A DNA stretch of 64,000 nt, from contig LSRY02000018.1 of NCBI GenBank assembly GCA_001643675.2, positions 1,364,001 through 1,428,000 of the forward strand, in the 5' to 3' direction. The position numbers and the translations under genes are program-made. Below are positions 1 through 12,868 of the stretch, piece after piece. The notes under the pieces were generated by a model. The model searched no databases, was not told the DNA's origin, and saw only the letters and a program-made list of their open reading frames with translations. The DNA is from Monocercomonoides exilis PA203. Taxonomy: Eukaryota > Protista > Preaxostyla. Position 1 is the stretch's first letter. Every line of letters starts with the position of its first letter.

Positions 1-1109
1 TCTTCTTCTACGACCACTTCTACTTCTATTTCTTCTTCTTCTTCTTCTACTGCTGCTGCTGCTTCTTCGCTTTCTTCAACTTCTTCTACGTCTTGTCATT
101 TCCCACAAACTGTGCCATCTTGAACTTTATCTTCTGCTTCTTCTTCAACTCCTTCAATGCCATTTTAACTTTCTATGAGTTTGATCAGGCTATCGACCAT
201 CAAATGCATTTAAGCTGTACAATCAGAATCACAGGCAAATTGAACAAAAAATAGCTTCATTCACAGTTTTTCCTCTCAACGACCGTTCACCAAATATGCC
301 TTCTTTTCATTTGCGATTCTCGTGATGAAAAAAGGCCTTCTTAACAAATTTATTTAATTTCCTTTTCGTCGTATTCTTCTTCAATGCCTTCAATTAGTGA
401 ATAAAAATATTGTTATTTCCATTTCAGTCAACAACCATCGAATTTAGCACCAGTTCTCGTCTTTCATTTCTATTCATAATCGCAAAATAAAAATTCATTC
501 TTACAAAGAATTTCAGCCAGGCCCAATACATCAGTGAAATGATTCTATATTTAGCCAAGAAAATTTTATCAGATGGTGTTCAATAAAAAAGGAGGACGAT
601 TTTGTCATTTTCATTTGGAAGATGAAAGAGGTTCAGATGAAAAGAGCATATTATCGAAGCAATTCTTGAACGGAATAAATGATTGAAATGATGTTCTTCT
701 TCAGATTTTTACAAAATTTCGAGCCTTCAACAAGCAATCAAAGTGAGACGATGAAGGAAAGCGATTTAGAGGAAAATTCATTTTTAAAAGGAAAATTCAA
801 TGAAACATCCGAATTTACAGCAGACGTGTGAAGATTAATCCATCTAAAGTGTTTTTGAGTCTATTTCTTATTTTTTGTGTTTATGCCATCTCCATAACTT
901 TGTTCGACTTTGCCTTCTTTTGCACATAAATTCACAATATATCTGCTCATTCAATATTATTTTCCAACTTTCTTCACCTGCTTCAGAAGCCCCGTCGCAT
1001 TGCGTATGCTCTTGTTGGGAGTCTTTTCCAACTTACAATTCACTTCCTTTATGCCAAGTATTCTTTCCACGTATTCATTGTCAGCTGTATTCCCGTTGAT
1101 AAAGATTTA

Positions 1110-1540
1110 TTAATCACCGAATGCTTCTGTTCTATCATGTCCAACAACCGAGTTGTCTTTCTGAGTGATGTTTCCCATGAAGGCGAACAAGGGTTCCTTT
1201 ACAGAAGCGACAAATGATTGGCACACAAAATACATATCTCTTCCTACACTGGCCTTGCTGGCTGAAAACACGACGTTGGTGATGGAAAAGGAGGATTCTG
1301 ACACTTCTGAATCGTCCTTGTACTCGATCATGAGAGCTCCGCCTCTTCCTCCAGAACTTGTTTCCTCGCTTACAGAGCAGGTGGAGAAGGTTGTGTCACT
1401 CGCTGAAAATGTGTTGGTAGAGGCAGACTAGGCGAATGAGATGCACCCGCCATTGGTGGCAGTCTGTTGGTTTTGTGGAGCTGAGTTGATGTTGGACATG
1501 GAGTTGTTGGAGAGGGAGAGGGAGAGAAAGAGAGCAGACA
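1110..1540 (-). pseudogene. Decayed fragment of the large beta-helix/GGG-motif surface receptor family
   Basis: Minus frame reads SNINSAPQNQQTATNGGCISFA*SASTNTFSASDTTFSTCSVSEETSSGGRGGALMIEY...FSITNVVFSASKASVGRDMYFVC, with an in-frame TAG at 1428-1430. It has the same GRGG / F..N.A..G.D.F..C module as the two large receptors. No signal peptide, TM or kinase part is visible. Confidence 0.7.
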
Positions 1541-2042
1541 GCGAGGAAGAAAAAGAAAGATGAAGTGCAATGGGAGAATGCTAAAAAAATCATTTGGTGA
1601 AGAAAAAGTGTTTGATAATGCATTTTCAAAGGAAATGGAGTTGAAATAATAATGAAAGATTTTTAAGGAAGGAAAAGAAATGGGAAAAAGAAAGGAGATT
1701 TTTCGGGAGAATAGGGATAAGCAACAAGATTGAATCACCCATTGCAACAAAGATTTCAATAGCAACTTCATTTCATGCTTTTTTTGAGAGATGGTTGTTG
1801 GTGTTCATTTCTGGTTCGGACATTTGGGTGTGAAGATGAAGCTGAAAAAACAAAAGAAAACTGACTGGGTGCTTTCTTTGAAATCAATGTTATTTATTCA
1901 TTTATAATGGTATTTTTAATTTTTCGAAAATAAGAAACGAGGAATATGTTTAGCATAAACCCTATCTCTTTTTGATGAATTTGTCATTTGAACATGAGAA
2001 TTTTTTTTTTTATTTTTTTATTTCATATTTATATTTATATTT

Positions 2043-2220
2043 GGGATAAAATTTTTTCATTTATGAAAAATTCAAAGATTTGTTCCAAACATTTTTTGCA
2101 ATCGAATGACAATTATTCTAACATTATCGTGCAATATTTCATATTGAAATATAAAAAATCGAAAAAAATCTTTGAAAGAACTGTGTGGAACAAAATTCAT
2201 AAAACAAAAAATTTTATCCC
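2043..2220. mobile_element. 178-bp MITE copy 1 (GGGATAAAATTTTT...AAAAATTTTATCCC)
   Basis: Terminal inverted repeats, flanked on both sides by ATTT (2039-2042, 2221-2224). Confidence 0.75.
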
Positions 2221-2332
2221 ATTTATATATATATATTTTTTTTTTTTTTTTTTTTCGAAAGGAAACATTCAATTGAAAAAGTATTTTTTTTTAAGAAAAA
2301 AATTCGAACTTATGAAATGGACGCAAACATAT

Positions 2333-2510
2333 GGGACGAAATATTTTGCTTTATGAATTTTGTTCCATTCTACTCAAACAAATATTTTTCTTTATTTTAG
2401 TATTTTTCTGTATTTTTTTGACATGGGAATGAAAGACTTATAATGATAAGGTTGGTGAAAAAGTTTGGAACAAATCGTTGTTTCTTTCATAAATGCAAAA
2501 ATTTTATCCC
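2333..2510. mobile_element. 178-bp MITE copy 2, inverted relative to copy 1
   Basis: Same length and a diverged reverse complement of 2043-2220. GGG..CCC termini, flanked by ATAT on both sides (2329-2332, 2511-2514). Confidence 0.75.
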
Positions 2511-3425
2511 ATATTAAATTAATTTCTGAAAATTTTTTTTCATGAATAACATACAATTCTTTCAATGAAAATATAATCATCTCTTAATTAATTCTTATAT
2601 CAAAGATTTTTGAAAAGAATGATTTATCTTAACTTTTGTTAGGGATTTTTACAGATGGAAACATAAAAAAACAGAAAAATAAATAAAAACATTTCCAACA
2701 ATTGAAATGGTAGTTGCTGATAGAAAAAAGAAAAGAAATACAAGCAACTGAATAACAATAATTCTGGTGAGGTACATGAATATATACAAATAAGATGAAC
2801 AAAAAACAGACAAAAAGATTTTCCAATAAGAATAGAAAACCAAAGTTAAAACAAAGAGTGATGATAACAAAGAAAAAGCCTATTTCTTCACAAAAATTAA
2901 AATATTCAAGCAAAAACTCTGATTGTGAAAAATGATGAAAATCACTATATTTGTTTCTGCAAAAAGCAGTCGAAAACACAAAAGCCGGAGTTTCAATAAA
3001 AGAAACGTTATCACAGAAAATGAACTGACCCTGAGTGTGCATTTCCCATTTGCTCAAACACTCGCTAAGTTAGCAAGTCGCTCCTCATGCAAATGCAAAG
3101 GGTCAGTCATTTTCCTTGAATCAACTTATCCTTTCATGATTGTTGAGTGCCTATCTTTCTGAAAGAACTATTTCAATTTGGGAGTTTGTTTTTTTGATTA
3201 TTTTGTCCAATGTTGAACAAGTGTGAGCTTTTTGTGGCTGTTCATTTTTCATGTCCCATCCAATAATTCTCTTTGAAACAATTTCTTTTTGCAAACTCCT
3301 TTGCCTTTCAGCCAACTTCAATTTCCGCTTCAATTTCTCCCTCTTTTTGATCCACTTTCCTCATCTCCCAATTGTTGATCTATTCATTTGTTATTCTCTT
3401 CCATTTCTTGTTTTTTCCGTTGTTT

Positions 3426-6400
3426 TTATTCAATTTTCATATTTTCAAATTCGTCTTCAGTTCCAATTTCATTGGATTCTCTTTCATTGCATTCGCTCTC
3501 TTGAATCAGCCCCAATGCATCTGTCATTGTGAGCATCGCCGCTCCTGGAGGAAAGTTCCCAATCAGCTCTCTCTTAACATCTCCCAGAGATATACGATCC
3601 TCACTTTCTGTCCGAGTGCATGCAATGATCAATCCACCTTGATTCCTCCCTTCTGTTTTCAAAAAGTCTGGCCTCTCCCCATTCGCTATCTTCTGTCCCG
3701 CCACCTCTGCTGGATACTCCCCAAACGGGATCTCCAGCGTCAGGCACTCCCACAGCATCATCCCAATCGAGAACACAACCGACTTCTTTGTTGCTCCCAT
3801 CTTCCTATTCATCAACAATTCTGGTGCCATCCATCGCAGACATTCCTTTTTGTAATCATCCTCATCCTCAAACGCTGATGAGGGCAGAGAGTCACTGTCA
3901 TCATCATCACTGGCTGATGTCACAACTGTTGATGATGAGATGGAGGATGAATCAGAATCATCAGATGAAATGAAATCAGAATGCATCACAACGCAGATCA
4001 CCATGTGTTCGGAGAACAGAACAATGTGAGGACTCAGATTTGCAAGAGATTGAAGAGGGTTTTCCATTTCATCAAAGGAGTGAAGAGCAAGATTTGCCAC
4101 CCAGAACAGGATTTGGGCAGCTGTTTGCTCCCTCTCCTTCAAACTCCCAATCGCCATTTCTTTCTTCTCATTTCTTCCATGCAGAAGCATGAACAATGAA
4201 TCCCTCAAATCCACAATCAGCTTCTCATGAGGAGAAGAACAGGCCATTGCATCCACCAGATTCGACATTGAAGAGGTTGTTGGGCACATATCCTCCATTC
4301 GAACAAATGTTGAATCTGAATCAGTTGTTGAAGTAGTTGAAGTGGATGAAATGGATGGTGATGGTGTTCTCTTCCTTATCTCTTCTACCTCTTCCTTTTC
4401 TAATGCCCATTCAGGAATCTTGTCCGAATCTCTTCCCAAGATGTATTCAGTGGAGCCACTCTCACTCAATAAATGCTCTGATGACTCTGAATGTTCCAGT
4501 GTCTTGTCATACACCCTCTTCTTTATCCTCTCTTCATTCTTCTTTTCTGCCTCCCTCTCCGCTCTCCTCCATTGCTCTTCAGGTGACATCTCCATCGTCA
4601 CCATCTCAAATGCCTTCGGATCTTTTCTGATGTTGTCGTTCACAATCTCTCTCAAATCTTTCGCTTCATTCCTTGCCTTTCTCCATCGAATAGCTAGAAC
4701 AATTGATATAATCAGAACAATCAAAAACAACACAGCAAAAACAGTAACAATGACGATCCAATAAGAATTTCCTTCTTTTCCACTTTCAACAATTCTTTCA
4801 TCCCCTTTTTGTACAATTTCACTTGCATTCTTCAGAATAAATGACTGAGTTGACGAAGAAGATTCGACATTTCCAAATAAAATATGAGCGCTCACTTCGA
4901 TTTCATCTCCACAACTGTTGATGAGATCTTTTCCCACACTCCCTTCAACTTCTCTTTCTGACAAAAACCCATTTGAATCAAAATCATAATGTTCAATCTC
5001 TTTCTCTTCTCCCTTCTTCTTCACAACTGAGAACGACAAATTGCATGGAACAAGAAGCATTCCTTTGAATGTCAGTTTCATTCTATCTGCCTCTTCTTTT
5101 GCTTCCACACTCTCCAGAACAGGAATGAAAAATGGAGATGCCCTCTCAGAAACAATCCCTTCAAAACTGCACCCATCATTCAACATCCAAAGTGAAGTGT
5201 TTCTTTCCAATCCATCTCCTCCTTTCAAACTCATCACATTCAATGTTCCTGAATCTGAGCAGATGATGTTTCTTCTCTGTGATGGATATCCTTCAATTGA
5301 GGGATTGTTATTCTCAAATCTTCCATCATTAATTGTCATCGCTCCTCCACTCATTGTTATTCCACCATCTGGTGAATTCAAGATTGTTGTATCTTTCATC
5401 ATCACAGAACTCTTCACAATATCAACAACAGATCCATTCCATCTGCACATCTCTCCTTCTCGATTCAAATTGTTCTCGTTTCTTTCTTCTATTCTTCCTT
5501 TAAATACACACGACTCGATCAATATCTTCTCCACTGATGTTGTCTCAACTTGGCTCCCCTTTTTCAACTTTGATGTGCACTCATGAAAAGAGCAGTTGCA
5601 CATCCCAAAACCACTCATCGGATGTGTTGTGCAAACAATGCAAGATCCGCTGGTTGATTGACTGATGTTTGTGAATGATGACAGCTCCAATGATAAAACA
5701 AGTGAAGAATGGCTGTTTTCAAGTGAGATCAAACTCCTTTCTTCCAAATCAATATTTGTAACTGCCAACTTCGAAACACTCAATTTCTCACTCTTTCCAC
5801 ATTCAATCGCAGAACTCTTGCATTCCACATCATCCATTCCCACATCATCAAATGTTGCCCTTTCTGAATGCAATATGTTGAAAACAGGCTTCGAGAATTT
5901 CAGGTGGCCAACATTGCACTTTTCTGCCTCAAACAACCCTTCTTCAACAACAATCAGAGAAAAATCAAAAAGAATTTGCGAATCCTCTGTTGTTCTGTTC
6001 TCCGACAAGAATAAAACAGATTCCAGAATAAGAGATCCGTTCAATTGGTGAATTAAGCACGAGCAGACAACATTCTGCATTCCACCAAAAACAAATGAAA
6101 CTTTCTCAAATCGAACAGACTCTGATGTCGTCACAGCTCCTTCATCAGCAAAATCGATTTCATTCACTTTTATCTCAGCATTCCTATTCGATTCCATTGA
6201 CTTGATCGTCACCTTTTGAGCAGAGCACGAACCAGTTAGTGTTGTTTCATTCCAGATATACAACTGAGAATAATCTGAAGGAATAACGTGGCTCACACCA
6301 GTATTCAACGATGAGCATGCGCTCTTCATTTCCCCACAATTCTTGCTGTTGCTGCTGTTCCCCACAATCGAAGACACAAATATGAATTCGCTCCTGAACA

Positions 6401-9400
6401 CATACACTCTTCCCAACAGATCCTCTTCATCCCCATAATTGTCTGCTGTGCACCCCCATATCGCCAGATCCTTCGCAAACGGCTCCCCAAAGTTTATCAG
6501 GAACTGTGATTCACTTATCTGCGAGTCAAGGTCTGTGCACTTCACAAACACATCTCTCCCTCTCAATGCAGAGTTGTCTTTGAATGTGATGTTGGATAAC
6601 ACAAAGTTCAGAGGCTGCTCAACCACCGAGGCGCATTCCAGAAACAGCCAGCCACCTCTTCCTTTGGTGGAGCAGAAGCATTCAGAAATCGTGCAAAATG
6701 AGCAGTCAAGACTTCCTCCTTCATTCAACGCATAAAACATCCCTCCTCCCTTTTCGCATTTCAACCCTCCGCATCTCTTCATCGTTGTGTTTCTTATCAG
6801 TATTTTCAATTGATTATCATTGTCATTTCTAATGATGGGAATATCGTTAGTTGTATTTTGTGTGACTTCTTCGAAAATACTCCATTCAATAACAACATCT
6901 TGTTCAACTTCATTTTTCTCTCTCCCTGAACTCTTTGAAACGCTCAATCCGCTTGATCCATTCAGCTCAAGATTCTTCATTGTCAGATTTTTCAAATTCA
7001 AAATTGTTGTTGATAACACGGAAATAACATCCTGCGAAAAGCAAAGTGATTGCATTGATACAAACTCCAACACAACTGTTCCTTCTTCTGCTTTGATCAG
7101 CCCATAATCTGTCAATTCTTCTCTTTCATCTCCTTTTTTGGTGAATGAGCAGTCTTTCACAGTCAACAATCCTTCATTTGAGCCAACATGCATCAAAACA
7201 TTCACTCCACTTGAGAATGAAGATGGAATCACAAACTTCATCAGTTTGAAATTTGTAACTCCCTGAATCTTCATTGCTGCTCCTTCGGCTCCTTCAAGTG
7301 ATGAGTGACATTCCAAAGAGCACATGTCTTTATTATTTGAGCTTATTGAAATTCCACTGAGATCAACACTTTTTTGGAGAACTCCTTTTCCAATGATGTT
7401 AATATTCTTTTCATTTCCCTCAGTCAATCGATCCAATGAATAATCAATTGACAGGCAAGGACAATCCGAAAACCCACAGGCACCCATGTCTTTTCCATCA
7501 TCTCTGATAAATATCTCTGAGCCAATTGCTCCCAGAAATACACCAGTGGAATAGCATTCTCTGTATCATTCCCATCAAACCCTCTCATGGAATTGAATGA
7601 AATATCATCCAGATTCTCAGTCACAAATGGAAGTGAGTCATTTGTGATGCTCTTTGTCAAGTTGGATGACTCAACAAACAGGTCATTTCCATATTTCGCA
7701 ATATTTGGCTTGTCTGCATTAAAAATGGGGGACGAGATCACAAATAAAGAATCATAATCAATCGACTTCAGTGCCATTCCTCCTCCAAAGCCAGTCTTTT
7801 CTTCTTCTGCTGGTGCCGTGCATCCTGCGAATGTGCATGAAATAATATTCATTTGAGTATTTCCTTTCAACTGCGCATTGATTGCACCTCCTCTGCTTTC
7901 ATCAGCCAGCACGGAGCATTCATCAAAACTACATTCTTCAACATTTATTTCTCCATTTGAATTTTCATCATTGCTGTTATCGATGTTCACACAGCCTCCA
8001 CTTCCAGCTATTCTTCTTATTTCTGTGAAATTGCTTTTCGTCATGTTCAACCATTTGGTGTTCATTAACTCTGCATTTGTTCCGCTTCCACATAAAGAGA
8101 TCAATGGATTTCCACTCAAAGTGATTGAAGAAGCAGAGAAGTTGTCGATTATCAGGATTCCTGACTCAACGGACAAGAACAGAAATGCCATTTCTGATGA
8201 AGGATTTTGAAGAGTTAAAGAACATTGAGACAGCGTTAGTGAAAAAGAAGATGATGAAATGAAAGTGGAATGTGAAAGAGAAGGAGGAAGAGAGATGATA
8301 AGAGTTGACAAGACTGTTTCGACTCCAACTGTCACCATTGCTGTATTTGTTCCTCTTATATTGGAGACTATCCAACCACTTTGATCATCATTTCCTCGGA
8401 TCTCATGTTTCTGTTCTTCAAATACCAATTCATCACTCATCATAATCATTCCACTCACAACAATCTTCTTTTCCTCTTCTTGTCTTGTCAAAGAATGTCT
8501 CAGTGTCAGACAGGGAAACTCAGTAAACCCACAAAAAGAGTGATTGAATGCATCAATATTGCTCACAATGATCTCTTCTGGCACAGGAATCAGATAAGCA
8601 CACAAAGGAATCGGAATCGTTTCATCACCATTGTGGAATCCCCGAATTTTGTTTATCGTTTCAATTGAAGCTGTCAATGAAGTGATTTTCCTGCTTTTAG
8701 CTGTTGACTCCAAGTTGATTGAGTCAACAAAAATGTCACTTCCCCATTTGGCTCTGTTCACTTCAAATGCTGATGAAATTAGAAACTCTGCGCTTGTGTC
8801 TTTCACTTTCAGCCCAATCCCTCCTCCTCTCCCTTGGATGGTCGAGGCATAACAGTTCTTCACAAGGCCTCCTATCATATTCAATGAAGCGCCACTTCCC
8901 ACTTCAATCATCACCCCTCCTCCAAACTCAGAGGCTTCACTCCCACAGCCATCAAGTGTGCATCTCTCAAGAGTTATCGAACATGACCCTTCACCCACAT
9001 TTATCAGAGATGATCCTGTTGTTGTTCTCACAATATTGCTGAAATCACATTTATCCAGAGACAATGTTACAAATGATTCCTGGGAAAATGAGATCACACT
9101 TGTGGAGCTGAATGTTTGTGACCATCTCACATCTTTCATCCTCAACTCTCCCCCTTCCATCTTCACAAGTGAGTTCTGAATGCTCCTCTCTTCTGAATGA
9201 GCAGAATCCATCGAAATATTTGTTCTTTCCAAATTGATCCTTCCAGTCCCTTGAACTTCAAATAATCTGCTTCTTCGGTTGTTTTCAATTGACGAATTGT
9301 GAATGATTGACAGATCGCTCACAGCCAATTCACCTGTTCCAACACAAAATAAACTTAGCCCACTTGCCTCAAATTTTGTTTCAATGAATGAGCTGGATGG

Positions 9401-11098
9401 AGAAACTCCATTCACAGTGATTGTTTTCTCCACAACATCCACTCCTTTTCCTTCCACAACTGTTCCAGAAAGCACTTTGATTTCTTTCGCAAATCCAACA
9501 ATCATTTGAGTCATGCAATGGCTGATTGTTAGGCATGCGCAAGATTCATTCAACCCACAGCTGAATGTGTCTTTCGCGTTTGCTTGATTCTCCTTTGAAG
9601 CAACAAATCTACTTCTTCCCCCTTCATTTGGAAGCCAATCGCTTTTTTCTCCACCTGCAAAGTACCTAACGCCTTCAGTTCTTGTGGAATAGCAGAAAGC
9701 AACTTGAGAGTTTGTGGAATTATCATCCACATAAATATCATTTCCTCGAGAAGCATTGTTATTGTGGAAAAAACAAAACCATAAGAGATTTTCATTATAT
9801 CCATTTGTCCTAATGCTAACTGCTCCACCAGAACGAGCTGAATAACACCCCTGAAAAAGGCAGTTACGAGCAACAATTCTGTCACTTGTATCCCAATTAA
9901 TAAAACCTCCACCATCTGAAGTGTACATGTCATGCCCACTGCAGTTTTGGAAAAAACAATTCAAAACACAATCTTTTGTATTAAAAGTCTTTGATTCCCA
10001 AATTCCAAGTCCTCCAGCATCATTTCCAGACCATCCGTCTTTGAAAAGACAATTATCAACAAATACTTGAATTGATATACCAGAAATTTCTGTTCCAGCT
10101 CCTCCGCAATTTGTTGATGAAGCACAAGAGCACTCTTCAAATGCTGAATGCTTTACTGTGCATTCTCCAATCTTCAAAGCAAATATTCCTCCTCCTCTTG
10201 TGGATGTCGCACTGCATTTCACAAATGACGAATTCTCAACAGCCAGCGTTGCACTCGAATTGTCATGCACATACAGTGCTCCTCCACACGGAGCAGAGCA
10301 TTTATTCCATTCAGCATTCTTATATGTTTGTGTTTGAGTTGTTGAATTTCTTTCAGTATTTCCCACTCTCCAATCCACCCTTTTATTGTGGAGGAATGTG
10401 CAATTGTTGCAGGAAAATGCAATGGATCCTTCTGTTCCGCTCACAATCCCTCCCTCCAGCACATTCATCGAACTTTCAACTTGACAATCCTCCATTTTGC
10501 TCATTTTAATAATAGACAGTTTTTCAATTGGCATTTCATTTGTTTCCATGAATTTCATTGTGATGTTTGAAAAAGCACTGTTTTTGATTCCTTCAAAACT
10601 TCCTTCTCCATTTCTCAAGATGCTTCCACTCCCACAAAACACAATGTTCCTCCACTCACTGTTTCTCACAAGCAACGATGAATCTTCTACTTCCATCTTC
10701 ACAAGACTCTTCATCATCATCATATCGCAATTTTTCTTTCTTTTTTCGATGTTCAAAGTGGTGTTCGTCATTTCGCATGTTCCTTCATTGAAGACAAAAT
10801 GCCCATTGAAACCTCCTTTTCTCATCAACAAGCAGTCATCAAGGCGCAGGAATGATTTTGCTCTAATATCAAATGCCACGTCATCATCTGCCTTTTCCAA
10901 CATTATTTCCTTCAATTCGACTGACGAGTTGTGCATTTCGCAGAACAGTCGAACAACACTTCCCTTTTCCAAAAAATGACTTTCGGACTGAGCAGGAATG
11001 TGATAAATGAGATGCCCATTCCTTTGTGTATCATTTCTTTCTGTGCCACAAAACATCAAACGCAAACACTCAGCTTAAACAAAAAGAATCATTATCAT
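3426..11098 (-). pseudogene. Giant type-I membrane receptor with beta-helix/Cys-rich ectodomain, TM and TKL-like pseudokinase; disrupted (paralog A)
   Basis: ORFs 7424-11065 and 3426-7487 join by a 1-nt frameshift at about 7531 (PLVYFW|[R]AIGSEIFIRDDGKDMGACGF). The likely start ATG 11098 (MIMILFV*AECLRLMFC) has an in-frame TAA at 11075-11077. TM YWIVIVTVFAVLFLIVLIISIVLAIRW. Kinase C-lobe motifs RWMAPE, VFSIGMMLWECLT..IPF, GERP. The lesions could be assembly errors. Confidence 0.8.
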
Positions 11099-11102
11099 GA
11101 GA

Positions 11103-11127
11103 ATTATTATGGGTCATTATTAACCAT
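11103..11127 (-). promoter_or_regulatory. Candidate upstream motif shared by both receptor paralogs
   Basis: Minus strand ATGGTTAATAATGACCCATAATAAT matches ATGATCAATA-TGACCCATTATAAT at 62251-62274. Each lies just upstream of a signal-peptide ATG. Confidence 0.4.
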
Positions 11128-12789
11128 ATTTTTTTTAAATTCTCAAATAATTTTTAACTCTTATCAATATTTATTATTCCTGCCTTTCTTTCATTTGCTT
11201 TATTGAAGGTCATTCATATTGCTTTGTCTTTAAATAATGATCTAATTCGGCGTATATAGATTGACTTTTTCTTTTTCATCACTCAAAAATTAATATGATT
11301 TTATTTTATTCTGCATGAATGAGGAATATCAACATCTTGAGTCCATTTCCAATATTGCTTTCTTCAAGGAGAAATTTCCTATCAATGAAAAGAAGAATAT
11401 CTATAAAAAGGAAATGTTTTCGTTTAAAATATTAAAAAATTAAATTGGAAAAGAAAATGAACAATATTTTCACAAACTTTAAATGTTCTGAGAGATGTAT
11501 TTATTCGTTTGAGAAGTGAATTTGATTTTCATCAATAATTCCATCACTTAAAATCTTTTCTTGTTTCAAAAACTTCATTTTGAGGTGTCGAAAAGTTATT
11601 TTTTCCTCTTTTCTATCTTCCTTATCAATCTTTTCTTCATTCTTTATTTCTGAATCTTCATTATTTCTTCCAAATTTTTTTGTTTTGTTTATTGAAATCG
11701 TCTTCACATTTTCCATATTTCTTTTGTTGCCCATGCTTCATCTTCAAAGAGTTCAATATTTCCAAAAACAGCTTCCGAATCATCTATGGTTTTCCTACTT
11801 GTGCAGCGCAAATCTTTCATTTCTATATCTTTTCTTCTTCCAATCCTCTTTCATGATTCTTAATGATTGTTTTGCAATATCCTGGAAAACATCTCGTTCT
11901 GAGCTTCGTTTCTTTTTTCGCAAAATAATCCTTGCTCGTCAATGAATCTTTTTGAAAGTTAAAAAGATTGACCAACAGCATTGTTTCAAATTCTTCATCA
12001 CTTTTCCTGAAAGTCAAATGTCTTTTGATTCTTCTGAAAATAACTTCAAAGATTTTCATCAAAAACGAAGGACAGATGAATCAATGAAGAAAAAAAGAAA
12101 TTAATAAAAAATCTTCAATTTTGTTTGGGCAGCGATTGTTGCCAATGATCAATATGCTTTCCATTCTGTTTTTGTATCAAAGTCATCATTTGTCATTGCA
12201 TTCCCCTTTCTCCAGCGGATGAAGGTCATTTTTACAAATCATGATTTTAAAGATCCATGTGCTTGAAAATTTATCCGATTCATCCTCAAAGCGCTTTGGA
12301 TCTCTCTCAGCAAACGTTGTTTGTTCAAAAAACTACTTCAAACAGAACTGAAAGTATTTCAGATGAAAATTGAGTATTGGCTAAAAAACAAAAAGGAATA
12401 TTGAATTCAAATCGAATGAAGACTTTTTGGCTTTTCATGCCTTCAAAATCGTTCATTTTCTGCAAACAAAAAATATCTGACAGAGACCAAATAAAACTCT
12501 TTTGCATTCAAAGGAGAGCATGCATAAAATAGAGTTTTGCTATATAGTAGCATTTGAACGATCATATGAGTCAGAAGACTGGAAAAAACAGAAAATACAA
12601 AATGATGGATAATAAGTTTTATTATGGTTCAGGAAGATTTTTTTTATTTGTTTCAAATTTCAGAGAAACATCAATGAAAATATTAAGAATGAATATACGT
12701 GTATCGAAATGAAAATTAATTTTGTGTATTATTGAATTTTCCTTTTTTAATTGTTTTTGAAAAGAAATCGACTTGTTCCTTTTCAAATA

Positions 12790-12824
12790 GGGTGCAAATT
12801 TTATCTAGACTTCAAAATTTTATC

Positions 12825-12868
<44 letters not shown>

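Noticed and set aside
1-1100. Possible decayed minus-strand coding sequence
   Set aside because: Stops in all frames and no recognisable motif; cannot assign.
11500-12510. Short K/E-rich minus-strand ORFs, perhaps a gene relic
   Set aside because: Fragmented, with no identifiable family.
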